Shown here one piece after another: positions 1 to 9,528 of a stretch of DNA of 64,000 bases. Position 1 is the first letter of the stretch; each line of letters opens with the position of its first letter. Source of the stretch: Mageeibacillus sp. UBA1212 (GTDB lineage: Bacteria; Bacillota; Clostridia; UBA1212); NCBI GenBank assembly GCA_002309655.1, contig DBXM01000003.1:21078-85077 (forward strand), written 5' to 3'. The position numbers were made by a program, and so were the translations under genes. Under the pieces are notes generated by a model. It saw only the letters and a program-made list of their open reading frames with translations. It was not told the origin of the DNA and searched no databases.

Positions 1-791
1 CACATCGCGATAACGTCCATCTCGTAGTTCTGGCCGGTCGTCGTGTTCGCGCCGTAGGTCGTCGTGAGAATGAAGAGCGCGCAGATAGCGGACATCAGAC
101 CCGCCAGCGTGTAGACAATGAATCTCACCTTCCCGACCTTGATACCGGCGTAGCTGGCTGCGGTGCGGTTCGAGCCGATCGCGTAGAGCTTGCGGCCGAA
201 CGTCGTTTTCGAGAGCACCACGATGTAGATCACGGCTGCTATGATGACCGCGAAGAACGCCACCGGGAACGGTCCGACTCTCGCCCCGAGAATGTCCAGA
301 TCGGCGCTGTTGTTGTAGGACGCCGAACCGCCCGCTCCCAGGGAGACCTCCGCGATGCCGCGGAAAATGATCTGCGTGCCGAGCGTGACGATCATCGGCG
401 GCAGCTCGGCACAGCGGGTCAGAATGAAGCCGTTAAGGGCTCCGCACGCCACGCCTGTCGCCAGGCAAATCAAAATGACCACCGGGAACGGAATTCCCGC
501 GTTGCCCGCGAACGTCGCAACCGTTGCCGACAGACACACGATCGAACCGACCGAAATGTCAATCTCACCCATTATCAGAATGAATCCCATCGGGAGAGCA
601 ATCAGAATTTCCGACAGGTACTTCGGCATCTCGCGCAGCACGTTCGTCGCCGTGAAGCTTGCCGACATCAGGCGTCCCATCACGAGAACGCCCACAAAAA
701 TGATCACCAGCGCGCCTTCCCAACTCAAAATTCTCTTCCAAATCGAGCGTTCGGGCGTGTAGGCTATCGATCTTCCGGATTTTCCTGCCAT
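1..791 (-). CDS. Sugar (ribose/AI-2 type) ABC transporter permease, second permease of the operon; 3' end runs off the window
   Basis: Absent from the ORF track because no stop lies in the window. My own translation from the ATG at 791-789 gives MAGKSGRSIAYTPERSIWKRILSWEGALVIIFVG... and is hydrophobic throughout. RKLYAIGSNRTAASYAGIKV parallels RKVYAIGSNKEAARISGINV in the upstream paralogue. The ATG lies 1 nt after the stop of 793..1812. Confidence 0.8.
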   Translation of the reverse strand, partial: MAGKSGRSIAYTPERSIWKRILSWEGALVIIFVGVLVMGRLMSASFTATNVLREMPKYLSEILIALPMGFILIMGEIDISVGSIVCLSATVATFAGNAGIPFPVVILICLATGVACGALNGFILTRCAELPPMIVTLGTQIIFRGIAEVSLGAGGSASYNNSADLDILGARVGPFPVAFFAVIIAAVIYIVVLSKTTFGRKLYAIGSNRTAASYAGIKVGKVRFIVYTLAGLMSAICALFILTTTYGANTTTGQNYEMDVIAM

Positions 792-792
792 A

Positions 793-1812
793 TCAGATCT
801 CCCTCCTTGCCAGTGTGCGGCGCTTCATCGTGCGCTGCGTCACCACGTTGATGACGACAACGGCGAGAATGATGACGCCTTTAATGAGGTTCTGCCAGAT
901 CGACTCGAGGCCGACGAGAGGCAGCGCCTTGTAGACGATCGCGTAGAAAATGCCGCCCAGCAGTGTGCCGAGAACCGTTCCCCGTCCGCCGCTCATGCTG
1001 ACGCCGCCGATGACGCACGCCGCGATGACGTCCATTTCCTTGCCTGTCTGCATGTTGGGCTGGCCCGACGCGTAGATCGAAACCGAGAGTGCGCCGGCGA
1101 GACCGGAAAGCGCTCCCATGATCGTGTACACGGCTATCTGAACGCGGTCGACGTTGATACCGGAGATCCTCGCGGCCTCCTTGTTGCTGCCGATGGCGTA
1201 GACCTTGCGGCCGAACCCTGTCCACTTCATGAGCACGAAGAACGCCGCGAACGCCACGATCAGAATGATGTACGGCCCGAGGCTTCCCTCTTTTCCGAAG
1301 TCGCTGAAGCCCTGCACGTCAAGCGCGCTCGCCCAGGAGTTGTTGGAAATAATGTAGGCCATGCCGCGCCACACGTACATCGCACCGAGGGTGCAGATGA
1401 TTGGTGAGACCTTGCCCTTCGCGATGATGATGCCGTTGATGAAGCCGCAGGCCGTTCCTATCGTCGTCGCAATCACAAAGAACATGACGATCCTGAGCGG
1501 GAGCGGAACACCGGCGAACATGTTGTTTTTCATCATCAGGCCTATCGTCATGCCGCTGAACGCGAGCACGCCGGTTATCGAGATGTCAATGCCGCCGGTC
1601 AAAAGCACGAGCAGCATGCCGAGCGACATCAGGAGCGTCAGTGCGTTGTTCCTGAAAATGTCCGTGATGTTGCCGAAGGTATGGAACGTGCCTCCGCTGA
1701 GGATGTCCACGACCACGAACATCAGGATCAGAATCAGCGCGAGACTGACCTCATGGTTGCCCGTGAGTTTTCTGAAAAACGCCGCGGCCTTTCCGTCTTT
1801 TTTCGTTTTCAT
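793..1812 (-). CDS. Sugar ABC transporter permease (ribose-type, RbsC-like)
   Basis: 339-aa ORF with multiple hydrophobic spans. GGIDISI and RKVYAIGSNKEAARISGINV motifs are typical of the ribose-type permease family. The start overlaps the ATPase stop by 1 nt. Confidence 0.9.
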   Translation of the reverse strand: MKTKKDGKAAAFFRKLTGNHEVSLALILILMFVVVDILSGGTFHTFGNITDIFRNNALTLLMSLGMLLVLLTGGIDISITGVLAFSGMTIGLMMKNNMFAGVPLPLRIVMFFVIATTIGTACGFINGIIIAKGKVSPIICTLGAMYVWRGMAYIISNNSWASALDVQGFSDFGKEGSLGPYIILIVAFAAFFVLMKWTGFGRKVYAIGSNKEAARISGINVDRVQIAVYTIMGALSGLAGALSVSIYASGQPNMQTGKEMDVIAACVIGGVSMSGGRGTVLGTLLGGIFYAIVYKALPLVGLESIWQNLIKGVIILAVVVINVVTQRTMKRRTLARREI

Positions 1813-3344
1813 CAGCCTGCCACCTCCTCTTCCGCGTTTTCGCCGCCCTTGGCGGTCTCCTTCATTGCCAGGTGGAGAATCTTCTCCTGGTCCGCCTCAG
1901 CGCGGGAAAGGCATCCGGTAACGCGTCCGCCACACATCACGAATATTCTGTCGGACATTCCGAGAATCTCGGGCATTTCGGAGGAGATCATTATGATCGC
2001 GTAGCCTTTCTGGGCCAGCTCGCCCATTATCGCGTAAATTTCCGCCTTCGCGCCGACGTCGACGCCCTTGGTGGGCTCGTCCATAATGATGACCTTAGTG
2101 CCGCTCTGCGCAAGGGATTTCGCCACGACGACCTTCTGCTGGTTGCCGCCGGAGAGCGACGACGCAGGGTCGAAAATGGAGACCGCCTTGGTGTCCACGG
2201 CCTCGAGGTGATCCCTGGAGAGGAGACGTTCGCGCTTTTCGTCGTTGAAGCCCGCCTTCGCGAGTTCGTCCTGGATCGGGAGCGTGACGTTCCTGCCGAG
2301 ACCCCAGGAGAGGATCAGACCCTCTTTCTGACGGTCCTCGGGAAGGAGCACTATTCCCGCCTTCATCGCGTCAACCGGCTTTTTGATGTGCAGCTGTTCG
2401 CCGTTCAGGTAGACCGCGCCGCCCGAAGGCTTCGTAATGCCGCACACCGCCTCCACGACTTCGGTTCTGCCCGCGCCGACGAGTCCGGTGAGACCCACGA
2501 TCTCGCCCTTCCGCACGTCGAGGTTCACGTCCTTGAAGAATCCCACGCGCGACAGGTTTTCGATGCGCAGCACCTCCTCGCCAATCTCCACGTCGGGCTT
2601 CGGGAACATGTCCTTGATCTCGCGGCCGACCATCGCCTTCACGAGGTCCGCGGTCGTAATGCCGTCAACGTCGTACGTACCGATGTACTGCGCATCGCGG
2701 AAAACGGTAACGCGGTCGGCGAGCTCGTACATGTCCTCCATGCGGTGGGAGATGAAAATGATCGAAACGCCTTCGTCGCGAAGCTGCTTCACGATGCGGT
2801 AGAGTTCCTTGGACTCGTTGGCCGTGAGGGCCGCCGTGGGCTCGTCGAGAATGATTATCCTCGCGTCGGTCGAAAGCGCCTTCGCGATCTCAACCATCTG
2901 CTGCTGCGCCACACTCAGCGTTCCCATCTCGACCTTCGGGTCGAAATTCGCGTTGAGCCTTCCCAGCAGTTCCGCCGCCTTCGCGTGCATCGCCTTCCAG
3001 TTCATCATGGGACCCTTTTTGATCTGGTGGCCCATGAATATATTTTCGGTGACGGAGAGGTCGGGATAGGTCGTGGGGTGCTGGTACACCGCCGCGATGC
3101 CGCGTTCAAGGGAATCTCTGGTACTCCTGAACCTGACCTCCTCGCCGTCGAGGAAAATATGCCCCTCCTCAGGCGGGAAGACGCCGGTAATGACCTTGAT
3201 GAAGGTCGATTTGCCCGCGCCGTTCTCGCCCATCAAGGCGTGAACTTCACCTCGGCGAAGCCGGAACTGAACGCCGTTTAAGGCTCTGACACCCGGAAAG
3301 ATCTTTGTGATCCCCCTGAGCTCAAGAATTAAATCTTCGTCCAT
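1812..3344 (-). CDS. Sugar ABC transporter ATP-binding protein with duplicated ATPase domains (RbsA/MglA-like)
   Basis: 510 aa. Walker A GENGAGKST and GLVGAGRTE; signature LSVAQQQ and LSGGNQQK; Walker B IIILDEPT and VIIMDEPT. RBS AAAGGAAG lies upstream. Confidence 0.95.
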   Translation of the reverse strand: MDEDLILELRGITKIFPGVRALNGVQFRLRRGEVHALMGENGAGKSTFIKVITGVFPPEEGHIFLDGEEVRFRSTRDSLERGIAAVYQHPTTYPDLSVTENIFMGHQIKKGPMMNWKAMHAKAAELLGRLNANFDPKVEMGTLSVAQQQMVEIAKALSTDARIIILDEPTAALTANESKELYRIVKQLRDEGVSIIFISHRMEDMYELADRVTVFRDAQYIGTYDVDGITTADLVKAMVGREIKDMFPKPDVEIGEEVLRIENLSRVGFFKDVNLDVRKGEIVGLTGLVGAGRTEVVEAVCGITKPSGGAVYLNGEQLHIKKPVDAMKAGIVLLPEDRQKEGLILSWGLGRNVTLPIQDELAKAGFNDEKRERLLSRDHLEAVDTKAVSIFDPASSLSGGNQQKVVVAKSLAQSGTKVIIMDEPTKGVDVGAKAEIYAIMGELAQKGYAIIMISSEMPEILGMSDRIFVMCGGRVTGCLSRAEADQEKILHLAMKETAKGGENAEEEVAG

Positions 3345-3454
3345 TCTTTTGCTTCCTTTTCTGATTTATTTCTGATCCGGCCAGCCGGTTTTGCCTATAT
3401 TTAGGGCAATAGCAGGCCCGGGATCGTATTCGCTGCCCGTTTGTTTTCGATGCT

Positions 3455-3515
3455 GAAAAAGGGTGCACTATCCCCTTCGTTCAAGACCGGTTGCGTGAAG
3501 GGGCCGCTCCCCTTC
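3455..3515 (-). promoter_or_regulatory. Candidate attenuator elements in the roughly 190-nt 5' leader of the ABC operon
   Basis: Hairpin GAAGGGG-CCGCT-CCCCTTC at 3497-3515. A second GAAGGGG copy is followed by a short stem and a U-run (minus-strand GAAGGGGATAGTGCACCCTTTTTC, 3455-3479). CCCCTTC could pair with either GAAGGGG copy. Confidence 0.3.
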
Positions 3516-3540
3516 GCTCTTGCAAAAAATCTCTGACTGT

Positions 3541-3569
3541 ATTCTAACATTTTAAAGGGAAACCGTCAA
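3541..3569 (-). promoter_or_regulatory. Sigma-70-type promoter of the ABC transporter operon
   Basis: The minus strand reads TTGACG (3569-3564), a 17-nt spacer, then TAGAAT (3546-3541). It lies about 190 nt upstream of the ATPase ATG. Confidence 0.55.
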
Positions 3570-3589
3570 CGGAAAAAAGGAACAAGGAC

Positions 3590-3636
3590 AAAAATGAGGA
3601 AATCAAACCCTTCAATTTCCGGCCCGACTTCCTCAT
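3590..3636 (-). terminator. Possible intrinsic terminator after the AMP-ligase gene
   Basis: 8-bp stem ATGAGGAA/TTCCTCAT (3594-3601 / 3629-3636) followed on the minus strand by TTTT. The loop is long (27 nt), so the structure is weak. Confidence 0.35.
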
Positions 3637-3662
3637 CGCTTAATAATTATTTTTTTCCTTGG

Positions 3663-5507
3663 TTATTTCCCGTTTTCCTCTTCCGCCAGCGCCCTGTAGT
3701 CGATCTTCCCCACCAGCGTTTTCGGGAGGCTGTCGCGGAACTCGATCTCCTTCGGCACCGCCAGCCGGAGCATGCGTTCCCTGCAGTACGCCCGCAGTTC
3801 CTCCGAGAGCGCCGCGCTGCCCGTGTAGCCCTCTTTCAGGACCACGAAGGCCTTCACGCGCTCCATTTTGTAGTCGTCCTTCACGCCGATAACGCAGCAC
3901 AAATGCACCGCCGGGTGGCCCGCGAGAACCGTCTCCACCTGCGTCGGGTAGACGTTGTAGCCCGAGGTCACGATGACCCTCTTAAGCCGCTGCCGGAAGT
4001 ACACAAAACCCTCCTCGTCCATCATCCCCAGGTCGCCGGTGTGCAGCCACACGAGGCCGTCTTCGTGAACGCGCAGCGCCGTGGCGGTCTCCTCCGGTTC
4101 GTTGATGTAACCCTTCATGACAGAGGGTCCGCGCAGGCAGATCTCGCCCTCCTCGCCCCTTGCCGCGGGAATGACCGTTCCCGGCTTCGTGACCGTGTAG
4201 TAGGTGTCCGGGTATGGAATGCCGATGCTGCCCCTGCGGCTGTAGCTCGGCGGCGTCAGGCAGGAAGCGGTAACGCACTCGGTGGTGCCGTAGCCTTCTC
4301 TTATCTGCACCTTCGCGCCGTGGGCCTTCAAAAACGCGTCCACCCGGTCCTTCAGCTCGGGAAGCAGCACGTCGCCGCCGGAGTAGACCCCCTTCAGGAA
4401 CGACAGGTCCGCCTTCTCGAGCTTCTCCGTCCTCAGGAGCGCCTCGAAAAGAGTGGGCACGCCGGGAATGAAATTCGGCTTCTTCTTTTTCAGGACCTTC
4501 GCGTAGCCCTCCACCGAAAACCGCGGCACAAGAACGCACTCAATGCCGAAAACCAGCGGCATGTGGACGCCGATTCCCAGACCGAAGCCGTGGAAGAGAG
4601 GCATCACCGACAGCATCCTGAGGCCGGGAACCCTTGTCTCGCCGCTTGCCGCCAGCGTCTGATAGGCCTCCGCGCAGAGGTTGAGGTCGGTGAGCATAAT
4701 GCCCTTCGGGGTGCCGGTGGTGCCGCCGCTGTAGAGAATGACGGCTGTCTCGTCTTCACGCTTGCCCTCCGCGAAACCGTAGCGGACCGCCTCCGAGCCG
4801 GCTTTTATTTCAGTTATTTTGGTTTTATTTCCCGTTTTTCCGCCGTTTTTCGCGCTTTTTCCGCCGGAAATGAACTTTTTCCACGTAATTGCGCCGTCGG
4901 GAACGCGTTTCAGCTCTTCAGGTTTCTTCACGGCAATCTTGACTGCCGCAGCTTTAATTAGTCCGAGGGCGTCGGCCGCGCTTGTTACGACCGTCGTTAT
5001 CTTCCTGCCGAGTATTTCGCCCGCCTTTTGGGCCGCCCTGTAGTTTTTCCCGAAAAACATGTCGAGGGTCACCAGCGCGACGCTCTTCGAGAGGGTCAGG
5101 TACTGGACGATCTCGTTCTCGGAGGACAGCGGGTGGATCATGCTCGGAACCGCACCGATCTTGCTGAGGCCGTAGAAGCAGAACAGCGCCTGGGGCACGT
5201 TGGGCAGCGAAATCGTGACCGCGTCGCCCTTCCCGATGCCCATGGCCGTGAACGCGTCCGCCGCCTCGCCGGTCTTCCTCAAAAACTCGTTGAACGAATA
5301 AATGCGCCCCTCGAAGTCGACTGCCGGCTCGTTCCCGAACTTCGCGGCGCTGTCCTCCACGGCCTCGTAAAGCGTTTTCCGCGGGTAGTCGAGAATGAAC
5401 GATTCGTTCCCGTAGTACTTTTTCCAGCATTCAAAAGCCGCGTCCGCCGCCTCCGCGGGAACCTTCTCAGGCTTCCGGAAATATTTATTGTCCGTTTGTT
5501 TTTCCAT
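3663..5507 (-). CDS. AMP-dependent synthetase/ligase (long-chain fatty acid-CoA ligase-like)
   Basis: AMP-binding motifs YSGGTTGTPKGIMLT, GYGTTE and TGDLG. I prefer the internal ATG at 5507 (MEKQTDNKYF...) because it is preceded by AGAGGAAAAT; the ORF track start is 5561. Confidence 0.9.
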   Translation of the reverse strand: MEKQTDNKYFRKPEKVPAEAADAAFECWKKYYGNESFILDYPRKTLYEAVEDSAAKFGNEPAVDFEGRIYSFNEFLRKTGEAADAFTAMGIGKGDAVTISLPNVPQALFCFYGLSKIGAVPSMIHPLSSENEIVQYLTLSKSVALVTLDMFFGKNYRAAQKAGEILGRKITTVVTSAADALGLIKAAAVKIAVKKPEELKRVPDGAITWKKFISGGKSAKNGGKTGNKTKITEIKAGSEAVRYGFAEGKREDETAVILYSGGTTGTPKGIMLTDLNLCAEAYQTLAASGETRVPGLRMLSVMPLFHGFGLGIGVHMPLVFGIECVLVPRFSVEGYAKVLKKKKPNFIPGVPTLFEALLRTEKLEKADLSFLKGVYSGGDVLLPELKDRVDAFLKAHGAKVQIREGYGTTECVTASCLTPPSYSRRGSIGIPYPDTYYTVTKPGTVIPAARGEEGEICLRGPSVMKGYINEPEETATALRVHEDGLVWLHTGDLGMMDEEGFVYFRQRLKRVIVTSGYNVYPTQVETVLAGHPAVHLCCVIGVKDDYKMERVKAFVVLKEGYTGSAALSEELRAYCRERMLRLAVPKEIEFRDSLPKTLVGKIDYRALAEEENGK

Positions 5508-5606
5508 ATTTTCCTCTTTTTTTCCGCTTGTAAAGCGCGCTCCCCGCCGCCGGGCCTTCACCGCCCCTGTGCGCCGGACGTCTTACCGCTATTATACCGC
5601 ACGGGC

Positions 5607-5640
5607 AAAAAAAAACAAGCGGCCGAAGGGGGTCGACCGC
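5607..5640 (-). terminator. Intrinsic terminator downstream of the hydrogenase-like gene
   Basis: The minus strand reads GCGGTCGACCCCCTTCGGCCGC (8-bp stem with one mismatch) followed by TTGTTTTTTTTTG. Confidence 0.6.
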
Positions 5641-5828
5641 CTGCATTAAAGGGAAAAGGGGTAATTAATGATCGCAGCTTATGAAAAAAGGAAAGGAGTT
5701 TGCAATTCGCCACATCATTTAGGAGGAGGTTACTGCGATCATTTTCCGTGCGCGGGATTCTGTCAGGTCCCGCCTACGGTTATAATTATACTCAGATTCA
5801 TTGAAAAAACCTTAAAGCGTTTTAAGCG

Positions 5829-5880
5829 GCCGGAAAATATCGGGAAATGCAGGGAAATGGCCGGAAAATGAAGGAAAAAC
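5829..5880. repeat. Degenerate CCGGAAAAT / GGGAAAT repeat patch
   Basis: CCGGAAAAT at 5830-5838 and 5861-5869, with GGGAAAT copies between them. It is related to the ATTTTCCG-type arrays seen elsewhere in the window. Confidence 0.5.
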
Positions 5881-5906
5881 GCTTCGCGCCAGTATGTTTC
5901 AGAGCT

Positions 5907-7355
5907 TTACGAAAGCTTCGCGCCGGCCTTTGCGGTGTCGGTTATGCGCTTCCCGCGAACCTCCTCCGCGTGCCTCGACAGGAGCACGAACGACTCGTTG
6001 CCCGGATGCCTCAGCGCCACCGGACCGTTCACGCAGCCGCCCACGCACGCCATTCCCTCAAGGAAGTTTCCCTCAGGCCTGCCGTACGCGATCTTTTTGA
6101 GCGCTTTAATGCACTCCTCGCTGCCGCTGCACACGACCGGCTGGATTCCGAACCTGTCGTCCGGGTGCTCGGGCTGCTCCATAAGCGCACCGGTGACCGC
6201 CGCCGTAACGCCACCCGACTGCGCGAAATTCCTGCCGTAGAACGTCGCATCGTCGTAGGGCTCCGTTCCGCACTCCGCCGGGTCGATCTTTTTCGCCTCA
6301 AAAAGCGCGTCCATCTCTTCAAAAGTGATCGCGTTGTCGACAAAAGGCCGCACCTTTTCGAGCTGCACCTCTGCTTTTTTGGCCGTGCAGGGCCCTATGA
6401 AAACGGTTTTCGCCGCCGGAAGCTGCATTTTAACGTTCATCGCGGCCATAACCATCGGCGAAGGCGTCTCGGAGATCTTGTCCGCAAGCTCCGGGAATTT
6501 CTTCTCGACAAGCGCCACAAAAGCCGGGCAGCACGAGCTGAAAAGCGTTCCCTTCTCCGCGAGCTCGGGCGCCTCGTGCGCCGCCGTCATATCCGCTCCG
6601 AGCGCCGCCTCGACAACGTCGGTAAACCCGAGCTTAAGGAGCGCTGCCGCCACCTGCGCGGGTCTGACGGTCTTGTACTGGGCCGCCACGGACGGAGCAA
6701 CGATCGCGACAAGCCTCGCCTTCGGGTCGGCCTCCGCCTCCTTCAGGAACCTGATCGTATCGAGCATGAACGACTTGTCCATGATCGCGCCGAACGGACA
6801 CTGGTAAACGCAGGCGCCGCACGACGTGCAGTTTTCGTAATTTATCGTCGCGGCGCCGTCCTCGTCCATTCCGATGGCACCGGTTTTGCAGGCGTTTTCG
6901 CACGGGCGCCTGTAGTTGATGATCGCGCCGTAAGGGCAGACCTGCGCGCATTTTCCGCACTGGATGCACTTTTTGTTGTCGATCCTGGCGCGCTGACTGT
7001 CGCCGAAGCTGATCGACTTCGTGGGGCAGGCAGCCTCGCACCTGTGCGCAATGCATCCGCGGCAGTTGTCCGTGACCTGGTAGCCGCCCTTCGCGCACTC
7101 GTCGCACGCGATGCTGATAACCTCGATAACGTTGGGGTTCGCCTTGTCGCCGCCCATCGCGAGCTTGACCCTCTCGGCCAGAATCGCCCGCTCCTTGTAG
7201 ACGCAGCAGCGCATGGTCGGCTTCGTCCCGGGAATGATCTTCTTGGGGATGTCGAGAATGCTCTCGGCCAGTGTCCCCTCGAAGGCCGCCTCCGCCACGT
7301 ACCTCAGGACCATCGATTTCAAATATTGCACCCGTGATTCAAATCTTTCGGCCAT
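5907..7355 (-). CDS. [FeFe]-hydrogenase-like protein (ferredoxin-type cluster motifs plus H-cluster domain)
   Basis: 482 aa. CIQCGKCAQVCP and CTSCGACVYQCP are 4Fe-4S motifs. FSSCCPAF, GPCTAKKAE and EGMACVGGCVNGP correspond to H-cluster motifs L1-L3. Confidence 0.8.
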   Translation of the reverse strand: MAERFESRVQYLKSMVLRYVAEAAFEGTLAESILDIPKKIIPGTKPTMRCCVYKERAILAERVKLAMGGDKANPNVIEVISIACDECAKGGYQVTDNCRGCIAHRCEAACPTKSISFGDSQRARIDNKKCIQCGKCAQVCPYGAIINYRRPCENACKTGAIGMDEDGAATINYENCTSCGACVYQCPFGAIMDKSFMLDTIRFLKEAEADPKARLVAIVAPSVAAQYKTVRPAQVAAALLKLGFTDVVEAALGADMTAAHEAPELAEKGTLFSSCCPAFVALVEKKFPELADKISETPSPMVMAAMNVKMQLPAAKTVFIGPCTAKKAEVQLEKVRPFVDNAITFEEMDALFEAKKIDPAECGTEPYDDATFYGRNFAQSGGVTAAVTGALMEQPEHPDDRFGIQPVVCSGSEECIKALKKIAYGRPEGNFLEGMACVGGCVNGPVALRHPGNESFVLLSRHAEEVRGKRITDTAKAGAKLS

Positions 7356-7441
7356 ATCTTACTGTCAACCTGCCACTTTTTTACTTATAAAGCGTTCTGC
7401 GCGCTTCTTCGCCGCTTGCGTAAAGAGCATTAAAGCAGCGC

Positions 7442-9436
7442 TTACTTTATCTTAAATATCTCCACGCCGTCCTTGTTGTAGACGCACTCGTAGTTTTCCC
7501 GGAAATAACTGTCTATTAGCGAGCCGCCGAACTTCCCGCGCTCGTAGTCGCCCACGTAGACGTAGTCGATTCCCGCCGCCTCTTTGTTGCTCTCGAAGTC
7601 CTCCGCGCTCGTAAACATCTTGCACATCAGCGACTCGCGGCTCTGGTAGCTCACGCCGTGGAAGTACAGGAACGTTCCCGCGCCGACGTAGATGTTGCGG
7701 CCGGTGAGCGACGCAATCGCGTTGTTGTGGTTGTTGGCGCACAGGAACACGTCCTTCGGGTCGGTGTTGGCCTCGATCCATTCCGCCGCCGCCACGTTCC
7801 GCGGGTTGTAGAGCTGGTACGCGTAGCCGGTGTCCTTCTCCTTATTCCTGTAGGAGGAGACGAACTCGCGGGCGATGGTGAGGGCGCCCGACACCGTCAT
7901 GACGACGATGAGAATTCCCGCCAGCAACCGGATGCCGCGGATGCCCTTGAGCTTTTCGAAGCACTTTCCGAGGAAATCCGCCACCATGACCACCATAAAG
8001 AGGTACCACACGAAGAACAGCTTGATGTTGTCGTAGAGGTTCGGCTGGAACACGATGAGTTCCGCCACGATGAATATCAGGAACGGCCCCACGTACACGA
8101 GCTTTTTCCGCCCCTCGGCGCTCAGGAACGCCGTCGGAATGAGCAACGCCGCCAGTCCCAGGTTCTTCACCCAGAACCATATCCAGCTGTCGCCGGCGCC
8201 GCTGTTCACCCAGTTGAACACGAAGCGCAGGAAGTTCTCGCCGCCAACCGCGTTGAACGTCCAGATCAGCAGCTGAGGCACCGAAATCGCCAGCGCGGGA
8301 ATGCCGAACATCAGCCAGCCGGTAATCGTATTCTTGTTGAACTTGTCCCTGATGCAGCTGACGATAATCCAGCCGAAGGCGATGATTCCCGCCGCAAAAT
8401 ACGAGTGGGTGTGGATCATCGGCAGAAGCCCCGCCAGCACGCCGGCCGCGAGATAGTAGCTCTTCTTCCCTTTAAAGACCGCCTCGTGAAGCACGCAGAG
8501 CACCGCGAACAGGCACATCCAGCCGAAAAGCGTCGCCCTCTGGGGCAGCAGCATGTCGGCGATCACGTTGGTCCAGCGGACGTTCTCGCTGGTGAGGTTG
8601 GTAGGCGTCTCGTAGAACGCAGTGAATATTCTCGTGAAATTCTTAGGGTTCGTCTTCGTGCCGTCGAGGAAGTAGAATATGCCGAAGCCGCCGTCGAGCA
8701 GGAAGAAAACGTAGGCCAGCGCCGTCCTTCCCGGTTTTTCGAGAATGGACTCCGCCAGGTACCACGTTCCCATGAACACGAACAGGAACGCGAAAAACAT
8801 CGGCACCATGTAGGCAGTCTTCACGGACGACCCGAAGAGCAGCAGCGAGGCCGAAATCGAGTCGCACAGGAACGGGTAGTTGAGCGGTTCAACGCCGCCC
8901 ATCAGCGAATACGTCGGCGGGAAGTTCTGCTGCCTGGCGATGCTCGTAATGAAGCCCAGGTGCATGTTCATGTCGCCGTAGGTGCACTGCCCGGTGTAGT
9001 ACGCGCCGTCGTCGTAAACCAGCGTGTGGGACGCCACCAGAATCACCGCCATGACCGTGAACGGCACCACGCACGCCAGCATCGCCGCGTCCTTCTTCGT
9101 GAACTTCGTGAAGTATTTCCGGAACGGAATTCCCAGCGCCTGCCAAAGATCCGTCACCGGCTCGCCGCAGGACACGCCTTTTTTTCGCGCGAAGACCGCC
9201 TTCCCGGCAACGAGAACCGCCACCGTAACGAAGGCCAGCGCCATGCCGAGAAAATGCGACACTTCAGTGAACCCCGCCGCGAACGAGAAGGGCACGTGGG
9301 ACCACATGAGCAGCATCATTCCCGTCACGCCGCCGAGCCAAAGCTTTTTGAACCACGACTCCGACTCCGCGAACATTACCGCTCCCGCGACCGCGCCGAG
9401 TATTATGTAATATGCAAATAACAGTATTCCCGCCAT
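7442..9436 (-). CDS. Large polytopic membrane protein, possible GT-C-fold (ArnT/PMT-like) glycosyltransferase
   Basis: 664 aa. More than 10 hydrophobic spans are followed by a soluble C-terminal domain. The assignment rests on architecture only. Confidence 0.4.
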   Translation of the reverse strand: MAGILLFAYYIILGAVAGAVMFAESESWFKKLWLGGVTGMMLLMWSHVPFSFAAGFTEVSHFLGMALAFVTVAVLVAGKAVFARKKGVSCGEPVTDLWQALGIPFRKYFTKFTKKDAAMLACVVPFTVMAVILVASHTLVYDDGAYYTGQCTYGDMNMHLGFITSIARQQNFPPTYSLMGGVEPLNYPFLCDSISASLLLFGSSVKTAYMVPMFFAFLFVFMGTWYLAESILEKPGRTALAYVFFLLDGGFGIFYFLDGTKTNPKNFTRIFTAFYETPTNLTSENVRWTNVIADMLLPQRATLFGWMCLFAVLCVLHEAVFKGKKSYYLAAGVLAGLLPMIHTHSYFAAGIIAFGWIIVSCIRDKFNKNTITGWLMFGIPALAISVPQLLIWTFNAVGGENFLRFVFNWVNSGAGDSWIWFWVKNLGLAALLIPTAFLSAEGRKKLVYVGPFLIFIVAELIVFQPNLYDNIKLFFVWYLFMVVMVADFLGKCFEKLKGIRGIRLLAGILIVVMTVSGALTIAREFVSSYRNKEKDTGYAYQLYNPRNVAAAEWIEANTDPKDVFLCANNHNNAIASLTGRNIYVGAGTFLYFHGVSYQSRESLMCKMFTSAEDFESNKEAAGIDYVYVGDYERGKFGGSLIDSYFRENYECVYNKDGVEIFKIK

Positions 9437-9528
9437 TTGTTGACCCTTCCCGCTTGAATACTAATTAAACCGCTGCCTGCGCCAAGAACCGGAAACCTGC
9501 GTTCCGGCGAATCATTTCATATTCCCGT

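Noticed and set aside
355-762. 135-aa plus-strand ORF at the window start
   Set aside because: It lies entirely antisense to the second permease gene, whose minus-strand translation shows clear paralogy to 793..1812.
1872-3281. 469-aa plus-strand ORF opposite the ABC ATPase gene. Similar long antisense ORFs occur at 3594..4961, 5847..7337, 7658..9421, 19392..20348, 24770..25918 and 50424..51488.
   Set aside because: These are Arg/His/Val-rich shadow ORFs typical of the antisense strand of GC-rich genes. Each lies opposite a CDS with clear family motifs, and none has a convincing RBS.
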